A stretch of DNA of 64,000 nucleotides from a virus: IMG/VR virus record IMGVR_UViG_3300044712_002706, positions 1 through 64,000 of that record. One strand, 5' to 3'. How positions within the stretch are numbered: position 1 is the stretch's first letter; each line of letters begins with the position of its first letter. This document shows positions 29,831 to 38,620 of the stretch, in pieces. The notes under the pieces were generated by a model. The model saw nothing but the letters and a program-made list of their open reading frames with translations. It was not told the origin of the DNA and searched no databases. The position numbers and the translations under genes are program-made.

Positions 29831-30157
29831 TCAAAAAGTTTCCCAGGCGTCGAATTCACCAATTAAGTTAACCATTTCAAACAATGCACCACCAGACATG
29901 TTTTGATTGGCATCCTCCGAGACTTGGCCTTCGAATTCGGCTAATTGCCTCTGATAGTCCCTAAAAACCTCTACAAGGGAAGCGAGTCGATGAATGTTCT
30001 TTGGGGCATTATTTTTGAGCCAGTCCAATACCAGTTCCCTACCCAGAAATGCCAGATGCTCGGCTGATTCTGGATGGACGATGGGTTCTGCAAGAACGAC
30101 ACCCTGTTCTTTGGCTTTTTCTTGTGCAGATGTGGATGAAGTAGACATAATATGCAA
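29831..30157 (-). CDS. Hypothetical protein
   Basis: AGGAG RBS, ORF in leftward operon. Confidence 0.55.
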   Translation of the reverse strand: MHIMSTSSTSAQEKAKEQGVVLAEPIVHPESAEHLAFLGRELVLDWLKNNAPKNIHRLASLVEVFRDYQRQLAEFEGQVSEDANQNMSGGALFEMVNLIGEFDAWETF

Positions 30158-30257
30158 TCTCCTGTTGTGTATGGAATGGTCTGGCTTGAGTAGCCAGTTT
30201 GGCGCAGCTTGGCTGCGAAGTAACTCATTCTATACACATCGGCAGTGTTGTAGTCAC

Positions 30258-30461
30258 TTACATCCTCATGGCATGAGAAACCGGCTGCCGCCCGTTACCC
30301 AGCGCCTGGCGTTTTTCGGTAGCCAGGGCAATGGCCTGGCTCTTGCTGCTGGCCCAGACGGTCTCGATGACGCCGTCGGTGAACGAGACAGCCCACTGGC
30401 GCAGGGTAGTGGTGGCGTAGGTGGCGAGTGTTTTGGCGGTCTTGGTGGCGGTGGGGTTCAT
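30258..30461 (-). CDS. Small hypothetical protein
   Basis: ATGA overlap with the upstream gene; RBS. Confidence 0.45.
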   Translation of the reverse strand: MNPTATKTAKTLATYATTTLRQWAVSFTDGVIETVWASSKSQAIALATEKRQALGNGRQPVSHAMRM

Positions 30462-30697
30462 GGCTGGTTCTTGATGAGTGGAAAGTAGATGATGGATTCG
30501 GTTGGCAATGGCCCGCCATGCTCGTGGCACGGTTCGGGGTAATCCGGCGACGGCGGAAGGCAGGTGGGTTCGGAAGTCTCGTTCGGGCCGGGGTAGGCAC
30601 GAGAGCCGTTGGGCTGGATGGTGCTGGCCAGCAGTGTCAGGATAATCAGGGCGGCCACCAGGATCAGGCGACCCATGGGGAGTCGGTATGTCTTCAT
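30458..30697 (-). CDS. Small secreted protein with C-terminal YFPLI motif
   Basis: Signal peptide, Pro-rich middle, ends IIYFPLIKNQP. Confidence 0.55.
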   Translation of the reverse strand: MKTYRLPMGRLILVAALIILTLLASTIQPNGSRAYPGPNETSEPTCLPPSPDYPEPCHEHGGPLPTESIIYFPLIKNQP

Positions 30698-30699
30698 CG

Positions 30700-30987
30700 C
30701 TACATCGTAGATGCAATCATGGAAACGGCAATAACAAGGGCAATCACGCCAAATATCTTCCACCCCATACTGGGAGTCAGGCGGAAGATGCGCTCGGATT
30801 GGGTGGGCTTCTTTTTATGGTCGCCTTTGCTGAAATAGTTGTCCAGGAGAGAATCGGGGATTTTGTCTCCGCAGTTTGGGCAGTGCATGGCATAGGCCTT
30901 TCGGTTGGTGCGGGCGGTTTTGCGCCGGCGGGAAGATTGGGGGTAGCTGTAGGGATAGGGCTGGTAATAGGGGTATTTGGGGGGCAT
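30700..30987 (-). CDS. Zn-ribbon membrane protein
   Basis: AAGGAG RBS, CPNCG, C-terminal TM segment. Confidence 0.55.
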   Translation of the reverse strand: MPPKYPYYQPYPYSYPQSSRRRKTARTNRKAYAMHCPNCGDKIPDSLLDNYFSKGDHKKKPTQSERIFRLTPSMGWKIFGVIALVIAVSMIASTM

Positions 30988-31040
30988 GATGTTCTCCTTT
31001 TGGGTGCTACTACTGCTTCTGAGTGCTACTACTACTGCTT

Positions 31041-33068
31041 CTAGCCGCCAAAAGCGGGCAAATCCGAAGTAGTAGTAGCACTTTCGAGATATTCAATCGC
31101 CTGGTCAAGCTTGGCACAGAACGAACCGGCATACTCTTTGCCCACCGAGCGGGCCATTTCGCGCTTACTGCCGTCGTTGCGCCAGACTTCCTCGATGTCT
31201 TGTGCCAATTCGATGGTCTCCCGGCTCCAGACCTGACCGATGACAGGTTCGTGCGATGGCTGCGGGGCCACCCGCCACTCAGAGAGCGGCTGGACGGGGC
31301 GAGATTGGACGTAAGCACGCAGCTCATCATCGCTGGGGTGGAAGGCCACGCCACGCGTCATCTCGCCGGTGAGCATGGCCAGGAACTGGTTCTCAGCCAG
31401 GCCCTCGGCCCCACGCGCATCGAACATGGCCTGGCTGGTCGAACCATCGCGCATGCGGAAGGCCACCCGCCCGCAGTTGTCACGAACTGTCAAACCTTCC
31501 TTACCCAGTGTGCGATGGGTGGGGTCGGTGGTTGCTCCGACGAAGGAGATACCCATCTTGCGACCCTTGCTGGTGATGGCAATGGCTGCGGCCCAGATGC
31601 GGCGGCGAAGTTCGGGGGATGCCATCGTAGCCAGGGCGACCAGTTCGTCTATTACGACCATGATCTGAGAATCATCCTTGCCTGCTTCGCGAAGGCTCAG
31701 GCGAGACCAGGTCGAGACCCCGGCAGCTTTCAGGACAGCACTGCGGCGACCTACTTCGGCGGCGACACTTTCCAGGGCATCGGCGATGGCGGCGGGAGTC
31801 TCGTCTACGGTAACCAGGTTAGGGTGGCCCAACAGCGGGGCGAAGTCGCCGCCGGCGTCGTTGAGCAGGATCACCCGTTGGCCGCGGGCAAGCGCGGCAG
31901 CGGTGATCGGGCGCAATCCACACATGGTCTTGCCCGCCCCCGACGTGGCGGCGATCAGCAGGTGTGGGGTCTTGAGCGGGTCCAAAAGCAGCGGGCCGGC
32001 CTTGCCCACGCCGAGTGGGATGGTTTGTCCTTGCCAGGTCTGGAGCAGCTCCCAGGGGGCGATATCCGGGAGTGTGATGGACTCATCATCTTCTTCCACG
32101 GCACTGTCAGCGATCTGCGGCGGCTCCATGTCCTTGCGGATGAGACCCAGGGCGGCAGCGCGCAGCGGGTTCTTGCGGGGCGCACCAACCTGCATCGTAT
32201 TGGCGGCGATGAGCAGTTCGGCAGCCTGGCTGCGGGCGGTGACCTGGGCCTGCAGTGGGACATCCAAAATCCCAGGTTGCGAGACCGCACCACCCGGCAT
32301 CACGGCCAGGGCTGGCCCAAACTGACGGGTGGGGTCGAGAATGACCACCCCACCACCGGCGACGGGGACGGTGACATAGCCTTTGCCATCTGGCCCAAAA
32401 CGCCACAGGCCCAGCCGCACCATGATTGCTACCCGGAACTGCCAGGCAGACTGGACAAGCAGCCCACACGCAACCACGGCCAGGATAGCCAGCAATGACC
32501 AGAAGATGCGATACCCCCAGGTGCGAAACAGGGCGGTTTGTGCTTCGCTGACGCGCTGCTCCTGGATGCGCTCCACTTCGGCATTCGCATTCGCCACAAC
32601 CACGGCGTTTTCGGCTTCTCGGCGCACGGCGTCAGCGGTGGCGGCAGCGTCCAGGCCTGCCTGCACCACAGCGGTCTGGGTGCTCTTGATGGCATTGTCG
32701 GCAGCCTGGGTGGATTGGGCGCTGGCGGTTTCATAGGCCCGCTGGGTTTCCTGGCGAACGCCCTCGGTCTGTTTAGCGGCGTGCTGTTCGGTAGCAGCTG
32801 CAGCGGTCAACTCCAGGCTGACGGCGGTAGCCCGCACACTCAGTTCACTCATTTGTGCCTGGCCGAAAGCGGTGGTGGCCTGCGCCCCGGCGACGGCACT
32901 TTGAGACGTGGCGACAAAAGCTGGGATCAGCGTCTCGGTGGCAACTGGGCCAGGTGTTCCACCGGCGAACGTTGGGATACCCAGGCCAGGGCCACCAGCA
33001 CAAGCGATGGTGCTGGCCAGCATGACGAGAGCGACGATCAGGAGTTTAGCGGCGGTTGAGCGGTTCAT
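31041..33068 (-). CDS. FtsK/SpoIIIE (TraB-like) DNA translocase with lipoprotein-type N-terminus
   Basis: PHLLIAATSGAGKT Walker A, VVIDE Walker B, KGRKMGI, GAEGL motifs; N-terminal TIAC lipobox and TM segment. Confidence 0.85.
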   Translation of the reverse strand: MNRSTAAKLLIVALVMLASTIACAGGPGLGIPTFAGGTPGPVATETLIPAFVATSQSAVAGAQATTAFGQAQMSELSVRATAVSLELTAAAATEQHAAKQTEGVRQETQRAYETASAQSTQAADNAIKSTQTAVVQAGLDAAATADAVRREAENAVVVANANAEVERIQEQRVSEAQTALFRTWGYRIFWSLLAILAVVACGLLVQSAWQFRVAIMVRLGLWRFGPDGKGYVTVPVAGGGVVILDPTRQFGPALAVMPGGAVSQPGILDVPLQAQVTARSQAAELLIAANTMQVGAPRKNPLRAAALGLIRKDMEPPQIADSAVEEDDESITLPDIAPWELLQTWQGQTIPLGVGKAGPLLLDPLKTPHLLIAATSGAGKTMCGLRPITAAALARGQRVILLNDAGGDFAPLLGHPNLVTVDETPAAIADALESVAAEVGRRSAVLKAAGVSTWSRLSLREAGKDDSQIMVVIDELVALATMASPELRRRIWAAAIAITSKGRKMGISFVGATTDPTHRTLGKEGLTVRDNCGRVAFRMRDGSTSQAMFDARGAEGLAENQFLAMLTGEMTRGVAFHPSDDELRAYVQSRPVQPLSEWRVAPQPSHEPVIGQVWSRETIELAQDIEEVWRNDGSKREMARSVGKEYAGSFCAKLDQAIEYLESATTTSDLPAFGG

Positions 33069-33435
33069 CAGTTTTGCTCCAATCCCGAAGGATGGCGGCG
33101 AGTTGGGTGGTTTCTGGGTCGGGCAGGGCACGGTAAGGGCGGCGACGTGGGAGAGAGTAAGGAATTTCTGAGTTGGGTGTAATGCGGCGAATTTGCGCCT
33201 GGTTGGTGATGCGGTAGACGGTCATCAGGATGGCGATTGGCGTGATGATGACGGCCAGGGCCAGGATGGCAATCACACACTGGCTGGTTTGCAGGGTGGT
33301 GGCCATCACTGTCATGGCGGCAGCGTTGGCAGCGCTGGCGGCGGCGCTCATGGCAGCGGTGCCCAGGGCACAGATGCCGGACAAAATGACAAGGCCGGCA
33401 GCCAGCGAAACCAGCACATTGGGCTTATTCTCCAT
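33046..33435 (-). CDS. Membrane protein
   Basis: Two hydrophobic segments; overlapping operon organisation. Confidence 0.55.
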   Translation of the reverse strand: MENKPNVLVSLAAGLVILSGICALGTAAMSAAASAANAAAMTVMATTLQTSQCVIAILALAVIITPIAILMTVYRITNQAQIRRITPNSEIPYSLPRRRPYRALPDPETTQLAAILRDWSKTDEPLNRR

Positions 33436-33661
33436 TTTTCAGCCTCGCTGCCCACGCCAGACCAATCCCGCCGAAGAGAACCAACGCAAGGAGAAGTCCG
33501 CCGGCCCACGATTGGGGAATGGTGGCCCTGGTGTCGGGCATGAAAATCCCTACTATTCCCAGGATGGGGAGCTGGACGATACCGGCGATGGCAACACTGC
33601 TAACCAACATGCCAATCACAATGACTTTCAGCGAAATCTTTACTTTGAATTCCGTTTCCAT
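33425..33661 (-). CDS. Small two-TM protein
   Basis: Hydrophobic 78 aa ORF in operon. Confidence 0.55.
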   Translation of the reverse strand: METEFKVKISLKVIVIGMLVSSVAIAGIVQLPILGIVGIFMPDTRATIPQSWAGGLLLALVLFGGIGLAWAARLKNGE

Positions 33662-33662
33662 C

Positions 33663-33962
33663 TCAAAATCCTTTCATGACCAGCTTCAGCACCGCCACGA
33701 ACAACAGAGCCACCGGGCCAACGCAGGTGAAGCCGACGATGGCGACGGCAAAGACGGCCGTACCCATACTGATCACGGTGTTGGCGTAGTGGTCTGGGTC
33801 AACCGGCGCACCGCGGTGCTCGTGGATGACGACGATCTGCGGAACCGGCGACGTAGCCATCTGGCTATAAGCCGGGCGTCGGATGGGCGGCAGGTGCGCC
33901 GGTGGGACGAAGACCACCTGGGAGTCATTGTGCAGGGCGATTTGATGCTGGTTCATGATCAC
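33663..33962 (-). CDS. Small membrane protein
   Basis: C-terminal hydrophobic segment; GTGA overlap. Confidence 0.5.
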   Translation of the reverse strand: MIMNQHQIALHNDSQVVFVPPAHLPPIRRPAYSQMATSPVPQIVVIHEHRGAPVDPDHYANTVISMGTAVFAVAIVGFTCVGPVALLFVAVLKLVMKGF

Positions 33963-34483
33963 ACCGGCCTTTCATCAGCGGGGTCGCTGGCATTCCAGGC
34001 AGCCCGCAGGTAGGTGCGCACCTGGCCGCCCACGGTGCAGGTGAAGCGCTCCGGGTCGCGGGATGCCAGGGGAACAGAGAAGTATTGGCAGGTGGTGCGC
34101 CACTCCACATCGGACGGGCCGATTGCGTCGGCACGCCAGATTTGCATACGCAGCACGTTGTTGAAGACGATGACATCGATGCCCATCCCGTTTTTGAGCG
34201 GCGGCTGGCGCTGGGCCTGGCCCTGGTGCAGTACGGCGGCGTCATACATCTTCTCCAAAATCGCGGCCAGCCCGCTCTTCCTGGCCTGCTGAACGGTCTG
34301 CTGGTTTTGCATGGCAAGCATCTCCTCGATCACGGCCTGCGGAGCGACAAACTCAAAGCCACAGCCACCTTCCGGCAGTTCACGCGTGCCAGTCACCTGC
34401 AGGCCGCGCTGATCCCATTCGGGCCGCCACAGGGCGATGGGGATTTTGATTACCAGTTCGGTGGCTGTGGTTTGGGTGCTCAT
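33959..34483 (-). CDS. Hypothetical protein
   Basis: Start placed at MSTQTTATELV, 1 nt after the upstream stop. Confidence 0.5.
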   Translation of the reverse strand: MSTQTTATELVIKIPIALWRPEWDQRGLQVTGTRELPEGGCGFEFVAPQAVIEEMLAMQNQQTVQQARKSGLAAILEKMYDAAVLHQGQAQRQPPLKNGMGIDVIVFNNVLRMQIWRADAIGPSDVEWRTTCQYFSVPLASRDPERFTCTVGGQVRTYLRAAWNASDPADERPV

Positions 34484-34484
34484 C

Positions 34485-34730
34485 TCAGCGTCGGTTCGGT
34501 TCGAGTTCGTATTCGAGCACCCAGGCGGTGCGTTCGCTGCCCAGCAGCTCCACCAGGTAGTTGAAAGTGCGGCCGATGTTGTCCACATCGAGAATGGTGA
34601 CGACCTGGCCCTTGGGCAGGATGGCTCCTTCGACGGGGATGATGTCGTCGGATAGGCGGGCGTCATCGCCTTTGAAATATTTCTGCACGGGAGCGGCTTT
34701 GATTTTCGTGGGGGGTGTGCGGGTAACCAT
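34485..34730 (-). CDS. Hypothetical protein (SH3-like?)
   Basis: AAGGA RBS; 81 aa. Confidence 0.45.
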   Translation of the reverse strand: MVTRTPPTKIKAAPVQKYFKGDDARLSDDIIPVEGAILPKGQVVTILDVDNIGRTFNYLVELLGSERTAWVLEYELEPNRR

Positions 34731-34774
34731 GGGTTATTCCTTCTGCACTCGATGTTTGTGCGCAAACAGTCAAA

Positions 34775-35857
34775 TCAAATAATCGGGGCGATGAAGCGCA
34801 CATCGATCGGGGCGTTGATGGCTCCCGTCAGGATGCGTTTCACCGTGCTGGTCAGACGGCCCTCCAACCACTGGGCGGTGTAGAGCGAGGGTGCGCCGAC
34901 CAGGAAGATGTTCTCGGCAGCCTGGTAGCCAAGCGCCACGGTGTCGGCGACGAAGTCGGCGAAGGTGCCGCGGGGCATCTCGACCCGCAACTGCTCAGTC
35001 ACCGTCATCCACGCCCATTCGAGCGTTCGCCCGCCAGGAAGTGGGTCTGAACGTCCCGTTCCGGGGTAGTTTGGGTCGGCATTTTCTTCCGCAAGCGCTG
35101 CCTGATGAACCGACTCCGGTTCGGGTTCGAGAACTTCGTCTTCGAGTTCTTCCTTGGGTAGGTTGGCCCGTTCGAGAACGGCGGCGGGGATGTAGCGGCG
35201 ATGGGCTTCGGGCGAATAGTAGGTCGCTTCGGGGTAGTAGCGCTTCTGGATGTGGAGCGGCACCACGGAAGCGGGAAAACGTACCTTGCTTCGTGAGTCA
35301 TAACAATAGGCCACATTAGCCAAAACATCTGAGAGACTGAAACCGACTTGCACCGCCGTCTCAGTGGCACGTTCGGCATCTTTCACCCCCACTGCACGTA
35401 GTAGATCGAGGATCGAGGAGGATGGATTAAAGAGAATCTGATCTTTTAAAGATTCTTGATCCTCCTCCTCATCCAGACTAAACGACAAATTTGTCGTATA
35501 CGCCACTTTTTGAGACAAAGCGACATTTTTGTCGTTTAGTGATTTTCCGGTCAACTTTTCATCGGGGATGGGAAATCGCTCTGGAAAGAGAAAACGAACG
35601 CAGCCGTTTCGGTGGGTCTCTGAACGCAGCCAGGACAACCGTTCCAGGGCTTGCACATAGCGTTGATAGGTGCGCATTTCCAACCCGAGGAAATCCAGCA
35701 GCTCCTTGACGTCCATTTCAGGGGTGAAACGGTACTTGGTGTTCCATGCCAGGCCGTACACGGAGCCAAAGAAGTCCTTCAGAGAGGAGGGCACGGTACG
35801 GGCGTAGACGATGGTGCTGGGGATGGGAATGTAGCGGGGTGGTGTAGTGATGGTCAT
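34775..35857 (-). CDS. Phage replication initiator (N-terminal HTH, C-terminal DnaA_N-like domain)
   Basis: HTH-like N-terminus; C-terminal W..V..QL..EM....F...V..T...APS......WLE.RL; internal inverted repeats. Confidence 0.75.
   Translation of the reverse strand: MTITTPPRYIPIPSTIVYARTVPSSLKDFFGSVYGLAWNTKYRFTPEMDVKELLDFLGLEMRTYQRYVQALERLSWLRSETHRNGCVRFLFPERFPIPDEKLTGKSLNDKNVALSQKVAYTTNLSFSLDEEEDQESLKDQILFNPSSSILDLLRAVGVKDAERATETAVQVGFSLSDVLANVAYCYDSRSKVRFPASVVPLHIQKRYYPEATYYSPEAHRRYIPAAVLERANLPKEELEDEVLEPEPESVHQAALAEENADPNYPGTGRSDPLPGGRTLEWAWMTVTEQLRVEMPRGTFADFVADTVALGYQAAENIFLVGAPSLYTAQWLEGRLTSTVKRILTGAINAPIDVRFIAPII
35425..35540. other. Putative replication origin within rep gene
   Basis: Palindrome ACGACAAATTTGTCGT (35482-35497), second CGACA...TGTCG site, adjacent AT-rich tract. 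Confidence 0.5.
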
Positions 35858-36123
35858 AGCTTCAATGTGAGTTGGACGAGATGGGGTGCGGTGATGCGAA
35901 GATCGGCAGCCAGGTCAACGAGCAGAATCAGCATCTCATCCGCAGCCTGGTCGTGGGCGAGACGCAAGTCCCCGTCTGTTTGGGGGAGGCGTCCCGACAG
36001 GACAGCAGCCATACCACGACCTTTGGGCGTGTTGGACAAGATGATCCACTGGTGACCTGGCTCGATGGTCGGGTCAGCTTCGGTGGTGATTTTGAGTTCT
36101 GGCGTGTCGAGGATGACAGCCAT
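35854..36123 (-). CDS. Hypothetical protein, first gene of leftward operon
   Basis: AGGAGG RBS; ATGA overlap with rep. Confidence 0.6.
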   Translation of the reverse strand: MAVILDTPELKITTEADPTIEPGHQWIILSNTPKGRGMAAVLSGRLPQTDGDLRLAHDQAADEMLILLVDLAADLRITAPHLVQLTLKL

Positions 36124-36241
36124 TGATTAACCTCCTGTGATTTGCTACAATAAGTCCGTGAAGGTGAAACTTTTCCAGGGTATGCACCTCCACGGTTTGC
36201 TGTTGGGCCAGACCTATCTTGATAGGATTCTGGCCTTTTTC
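36123..36241 (+). ncRNA. Candidate antisense/leader RNA
   Basis: TTGATT-17-TACAAT promoter, hairpin, then GGCCAGA...TCTGGCC-T6 terminator before int. Confidence 0.4.
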
Positions 36242-36284
36242 TTGCACCCGGTCTGAGTCCTATATCTGACTAAGGAGAACAAAA

Positions 36285-37325
36285 ATGCAAGAACATCAAA
36301 CCCAAACTCAAGCCCATGTTGAGCACATGATGCGCACGCCAACCTTGGCCGATGCCGTAGATACATTTGTGCGTCTGGAGCTTGAACTCAACGACCGACC
36401 GGCGACAACGATCCGTTGGTATAGGATGCGGCTGGATGCAATGTCATCCCATATTGGGCCTGAGATGCCCCCGAATATGGTGATGGACGTTGACCTGCTG
36501 GAGTTCATGTCAGAGCTCAGACGGCGTGAGGTGCGCTATGAAAACGCACCGAGGCCGAAAGAGACTGGCAAGCTTTCCGTGAATACGCTGCGGGGATATG
36601 CCAAGGCGCTACGCCGGTTCTGGGCGTGGATGGAGCGAAAGAAATTCACCGAGGACAATCCTGCCAGTGATTTGCCGGTGCCAGGCAAGAAGAAGGTGGC
36701 AAAACGAGGGATCAGTGATGCCGACCAGGATGCGATGATTGCTGCATCTCGGCCAACCTGGGACGGTGGCCCACTCAGTGACGATGACATTCGCTCGTTC
36801 CGGGATTACGCCATTCTGTGTTTCCTGGACTCGACCGGCTGCCGATTGGGTGGCTTGGCGCACCTGACCCTGCGGGATATCGATCTGGATAACCCGAAGG
36901 AGAAGTTGCGTAAGCGTGCCTATGTTGTGGAGAAGGGGGATAAGGGGCGGTACGTTTTCATGAACGAACGCTGCCAGACGGCGATGAAAGCCTGGTTGCA
37001 GGTTCGCCCCCGGTGCGGCTCATCGAACGTCTTCATTGGCTATGTCAATGGTGCTGAGTCGTGGAAGAAGTTGGCTGAGGCCGGCATTTACACGGTGGTC
37101 AAAAAGTACGCTATTCTCTCTGGCGTAGCTTCAAAGCCCGGAGCCCTGTGGTCTCCCCATCAGTGGCGGCATCGTTTCGGGCGTCGTTGGTTGGAGCGTG
37201 GTGGTGATCTTTCCCGCCTGGCCCAGTTGATGGGCCATTCAACGGTGCAAATCACCAGTGAGCATTATGGTCAACTGGAGATTGACGTGCTCCAGGACGG
37301 CTACGACCAGATCATGGGTCAGTAA
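36285..37325 (+). CDS. int: Tyrosine integrase/recombinase
   Basis: RDYAIL..L..TGCR, KGDK.R, HQWRH, LMGHS, catalytic Y; adjacent att-like site. Confidence 0.93.
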   Translation: MQEHQTQTQAHVEHMMRTPTLADAVDTFVRLELELNDRPATTIRWYRMRLDAMSSHIGPEMPPNMVMDVDLLEFMSELRRREVRYENAPRPKETGKLSVNTLRGYAKALRRFWAWMERKKFTEDNPASDLPVPGKKKVAKRGISDADQDAMIAASRPTWDGGPLSDDDIRSFRDYAILCFLDSTGCRLGGLAHLTLRDIDLDNPKEKLRKRAYVVEKGDKGRYVFMNERCQTAMKAWLQVRPRCGSSNVFIGYVNGAESWKKLAEAGIYTVVKKYAILSGVASKPGALWSPHQWRHRFGRRWLERGGDLSRLAQLMGHSTVQITSEHYGQLEIDVLQDGYDQIMGQ

Positions 37326-37332
37326 ATCAGGA

Positions 37333-37371
37333 ATTCGCACTCAGGGGACAACGTGTCCCCTGAGTGCGAAT
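37333..37371. repeat. 18-bp perfect inverted repeat downstream of int
   Basis: ATTCGCACTCAGGGGACA-ACG-TGTCCCCTGAGTGCGAAT. Confidence 0.8.
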
Positions 37372-37433
37372 CTAGCCCTCCGAAGGCCGAATCAGGTATA
37401 ATGTGGGGGCACAATTATGTAAACAAGTCTTTC

Positions 37434-37481
37434 GGGGCCGTGGCGGAATTGGCAGACGCAGGGGACTTAAAATTCTCTGCG
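37434..37481 (+). other. att site: 5' half of tRNA-Leu(UAA), not a functional tRNA
   Basis: GGGGCCG-TGGCGGAATTGGCAGACGC-A-GGGGA-CTTAAAA; no T-arm or 3' acceptor strand follows; TATAAT at 37397. Confidence 0.8.
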
Positions 37482-37533
37482 TTTAGAATTCGCTAACCCC
37501 CATGCGGTAGAACTTTTTAATTTAAGGTGCAAG

Positions 37534-37782
37534 ATGACTCTAAGCGATAGTCAGCAACAAAAACTTGATAAGTGGACAGCTATTAACGTGCATGGTTGTC
37601 CGATTTGCGGAAGCATTGATTTCGCTAACGGCGATGTTTTGTCGGGCGTAGTTGTTCAAGAAAGTAGAACAAGCGATATTAGAAGATTATCCTTACCCGT
37701 TGTTCAGGTTACTTGCAAAAACTGCGCTTACGTTATGCACTTTTCTGCTGATCGGATTGGTCTTGTGAGCCGTCCTGGGTAA
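37534..37782 (+). CDS. Small Zn-ribbon protein
   Basis: CPICG...CKNC; AAGGT RBS. Confidence 0.6.
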   Translation: MTLSDSQQQKLDKWTAINVHGCPICGSIDFANGDVLSGVVVQESRTSDIRRLSLPVVQVTCKNCAYVMHFSADRIGLVSRPG

Positions 37783-38086
37783 GCTCGACACCAGGATATT
37801 CATTTTCGTACATTCTGATATGTTTTCCGTTGGGCTTCGTGAGCAAACGATAGTTTTCGCCGAATGCGCTCGGCTCTTCAGTCTTTTTATCAAACGTGCT
37901 CTCGCCTACGTGCTCACCGCAGAAATCAGTTGCATCCACGGCGGGCCATCCCCATTCTCCTTGTTCCGGGCGCGGCGCATAGCGATGGCAAAAGCCCCAT
38001 CCCTGATCTTCTTTTCCGTCAGGGAGATATTTCGGTTGATAACATTTGCAGGTTTTACAGCGGGGAAGATCATTTACATTAGCCAT
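37733..38086 (-). CDS. Cys-rich hypothetical protein
   Basis: CxxC...GFCHR..P...WP.V...D.CGE motif; GGAG RBS. Confidence 0.6.
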   Translation of the reverse strand: MANVNDLPRCKTCKCYQPKYLPDGKEDQGWGFCHRYAPRPEQGEWGWPAVDATDFCGEHVGESTFDKKTEEPSAFGENYRLLTKPNGKHIRMYENEYPGVELTQDGSQDQSDQQKSA

Positions 38087-38225
38087 TGCAGCTCCATGTG
38101 AGTTGTTTGGTGCCACCGGCTCGATACTCTTGGCGGGGTTGCGGGCCTGGTGGTTGAAATAGCACAGCGTCTGCTGGAAGTTTCTCGAAAAGTCGTGGCC
38201 GAAAGGCTGCGGCTTTTTGATTCTC

Positions 38226-38504
38226 CTACTCAGCTGCAGACGACTTCGAGACCTCGAATACATCACCAATGCGCAGGTTTAGCGCCTGCTCATCGGTCAA
38301 CCCCAGCCCGCTCGTCAGAATTCCATACAAAATAGACAAATCAACTGAATACATGCCTTCTCGCTTATCTTCGCTCTCGCTTAGATATTTCGATACAGCC
38401 TGCCAGCTATTTCCACTTCGTAGGCTAACCTGATGTACGTTTGGGGTTTTTCCGAGCTTCAGGATGTCGCCGCGGCTTTTCAGTCGAAACTTTCCAGCCG
38501 ACAT
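38226..38504 (-). CDS. Putative HTH repressor (CI-like)
   Basis: Small HTH-like protein divergent from the early operon; AGGAG RBS. Confidence 0.55.
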   Translation of the reverse strand: MSAGKFRLKSRGDILKLGKTPNVHQVSLRSGNSWQAVSKYLSESEDKREGMYSVDLSILYGILTSGLGLTDEQALNLRIGDVFEVSKSSAAE

Positions 38505-38559
38505 GTTTTCTCCTGGTTGAATAAATCTTGTCAACATTCGTTTACATCTCCTAAAAAGT

Positions 38560-38588
38560 ATTATAAACCAGGCTTCGCAGAATGTCAA
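38560..38588 (-). promoter_or_regulatory. Leftward sigma70 promoter
   Basis: Perfect TTGACA-17-TATAAT on the minus strand. Confidence 0.8.
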
Positions 38589-38620
38589 CATACGAGTATA
38601 CCGACGCTCCTATAATCCTA

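Noticed and set aside
31023-32498. Long plus-strand ORF (491 aa) and similar antisense ORFs (e.g. 9398-10849, 6513-7847, 17760-18935)
   Set aside because: Shadow ORFs of high-GC genes with clear motifs on the opposite strand
37434-37520. Intact tRNA-Leu, or tRNA-Leu(UAA) with a group I intron
   Set aside because: No T-arm or 3' acceptor strand was found downstream; the anticodon is uninterrupted and an ORF follows
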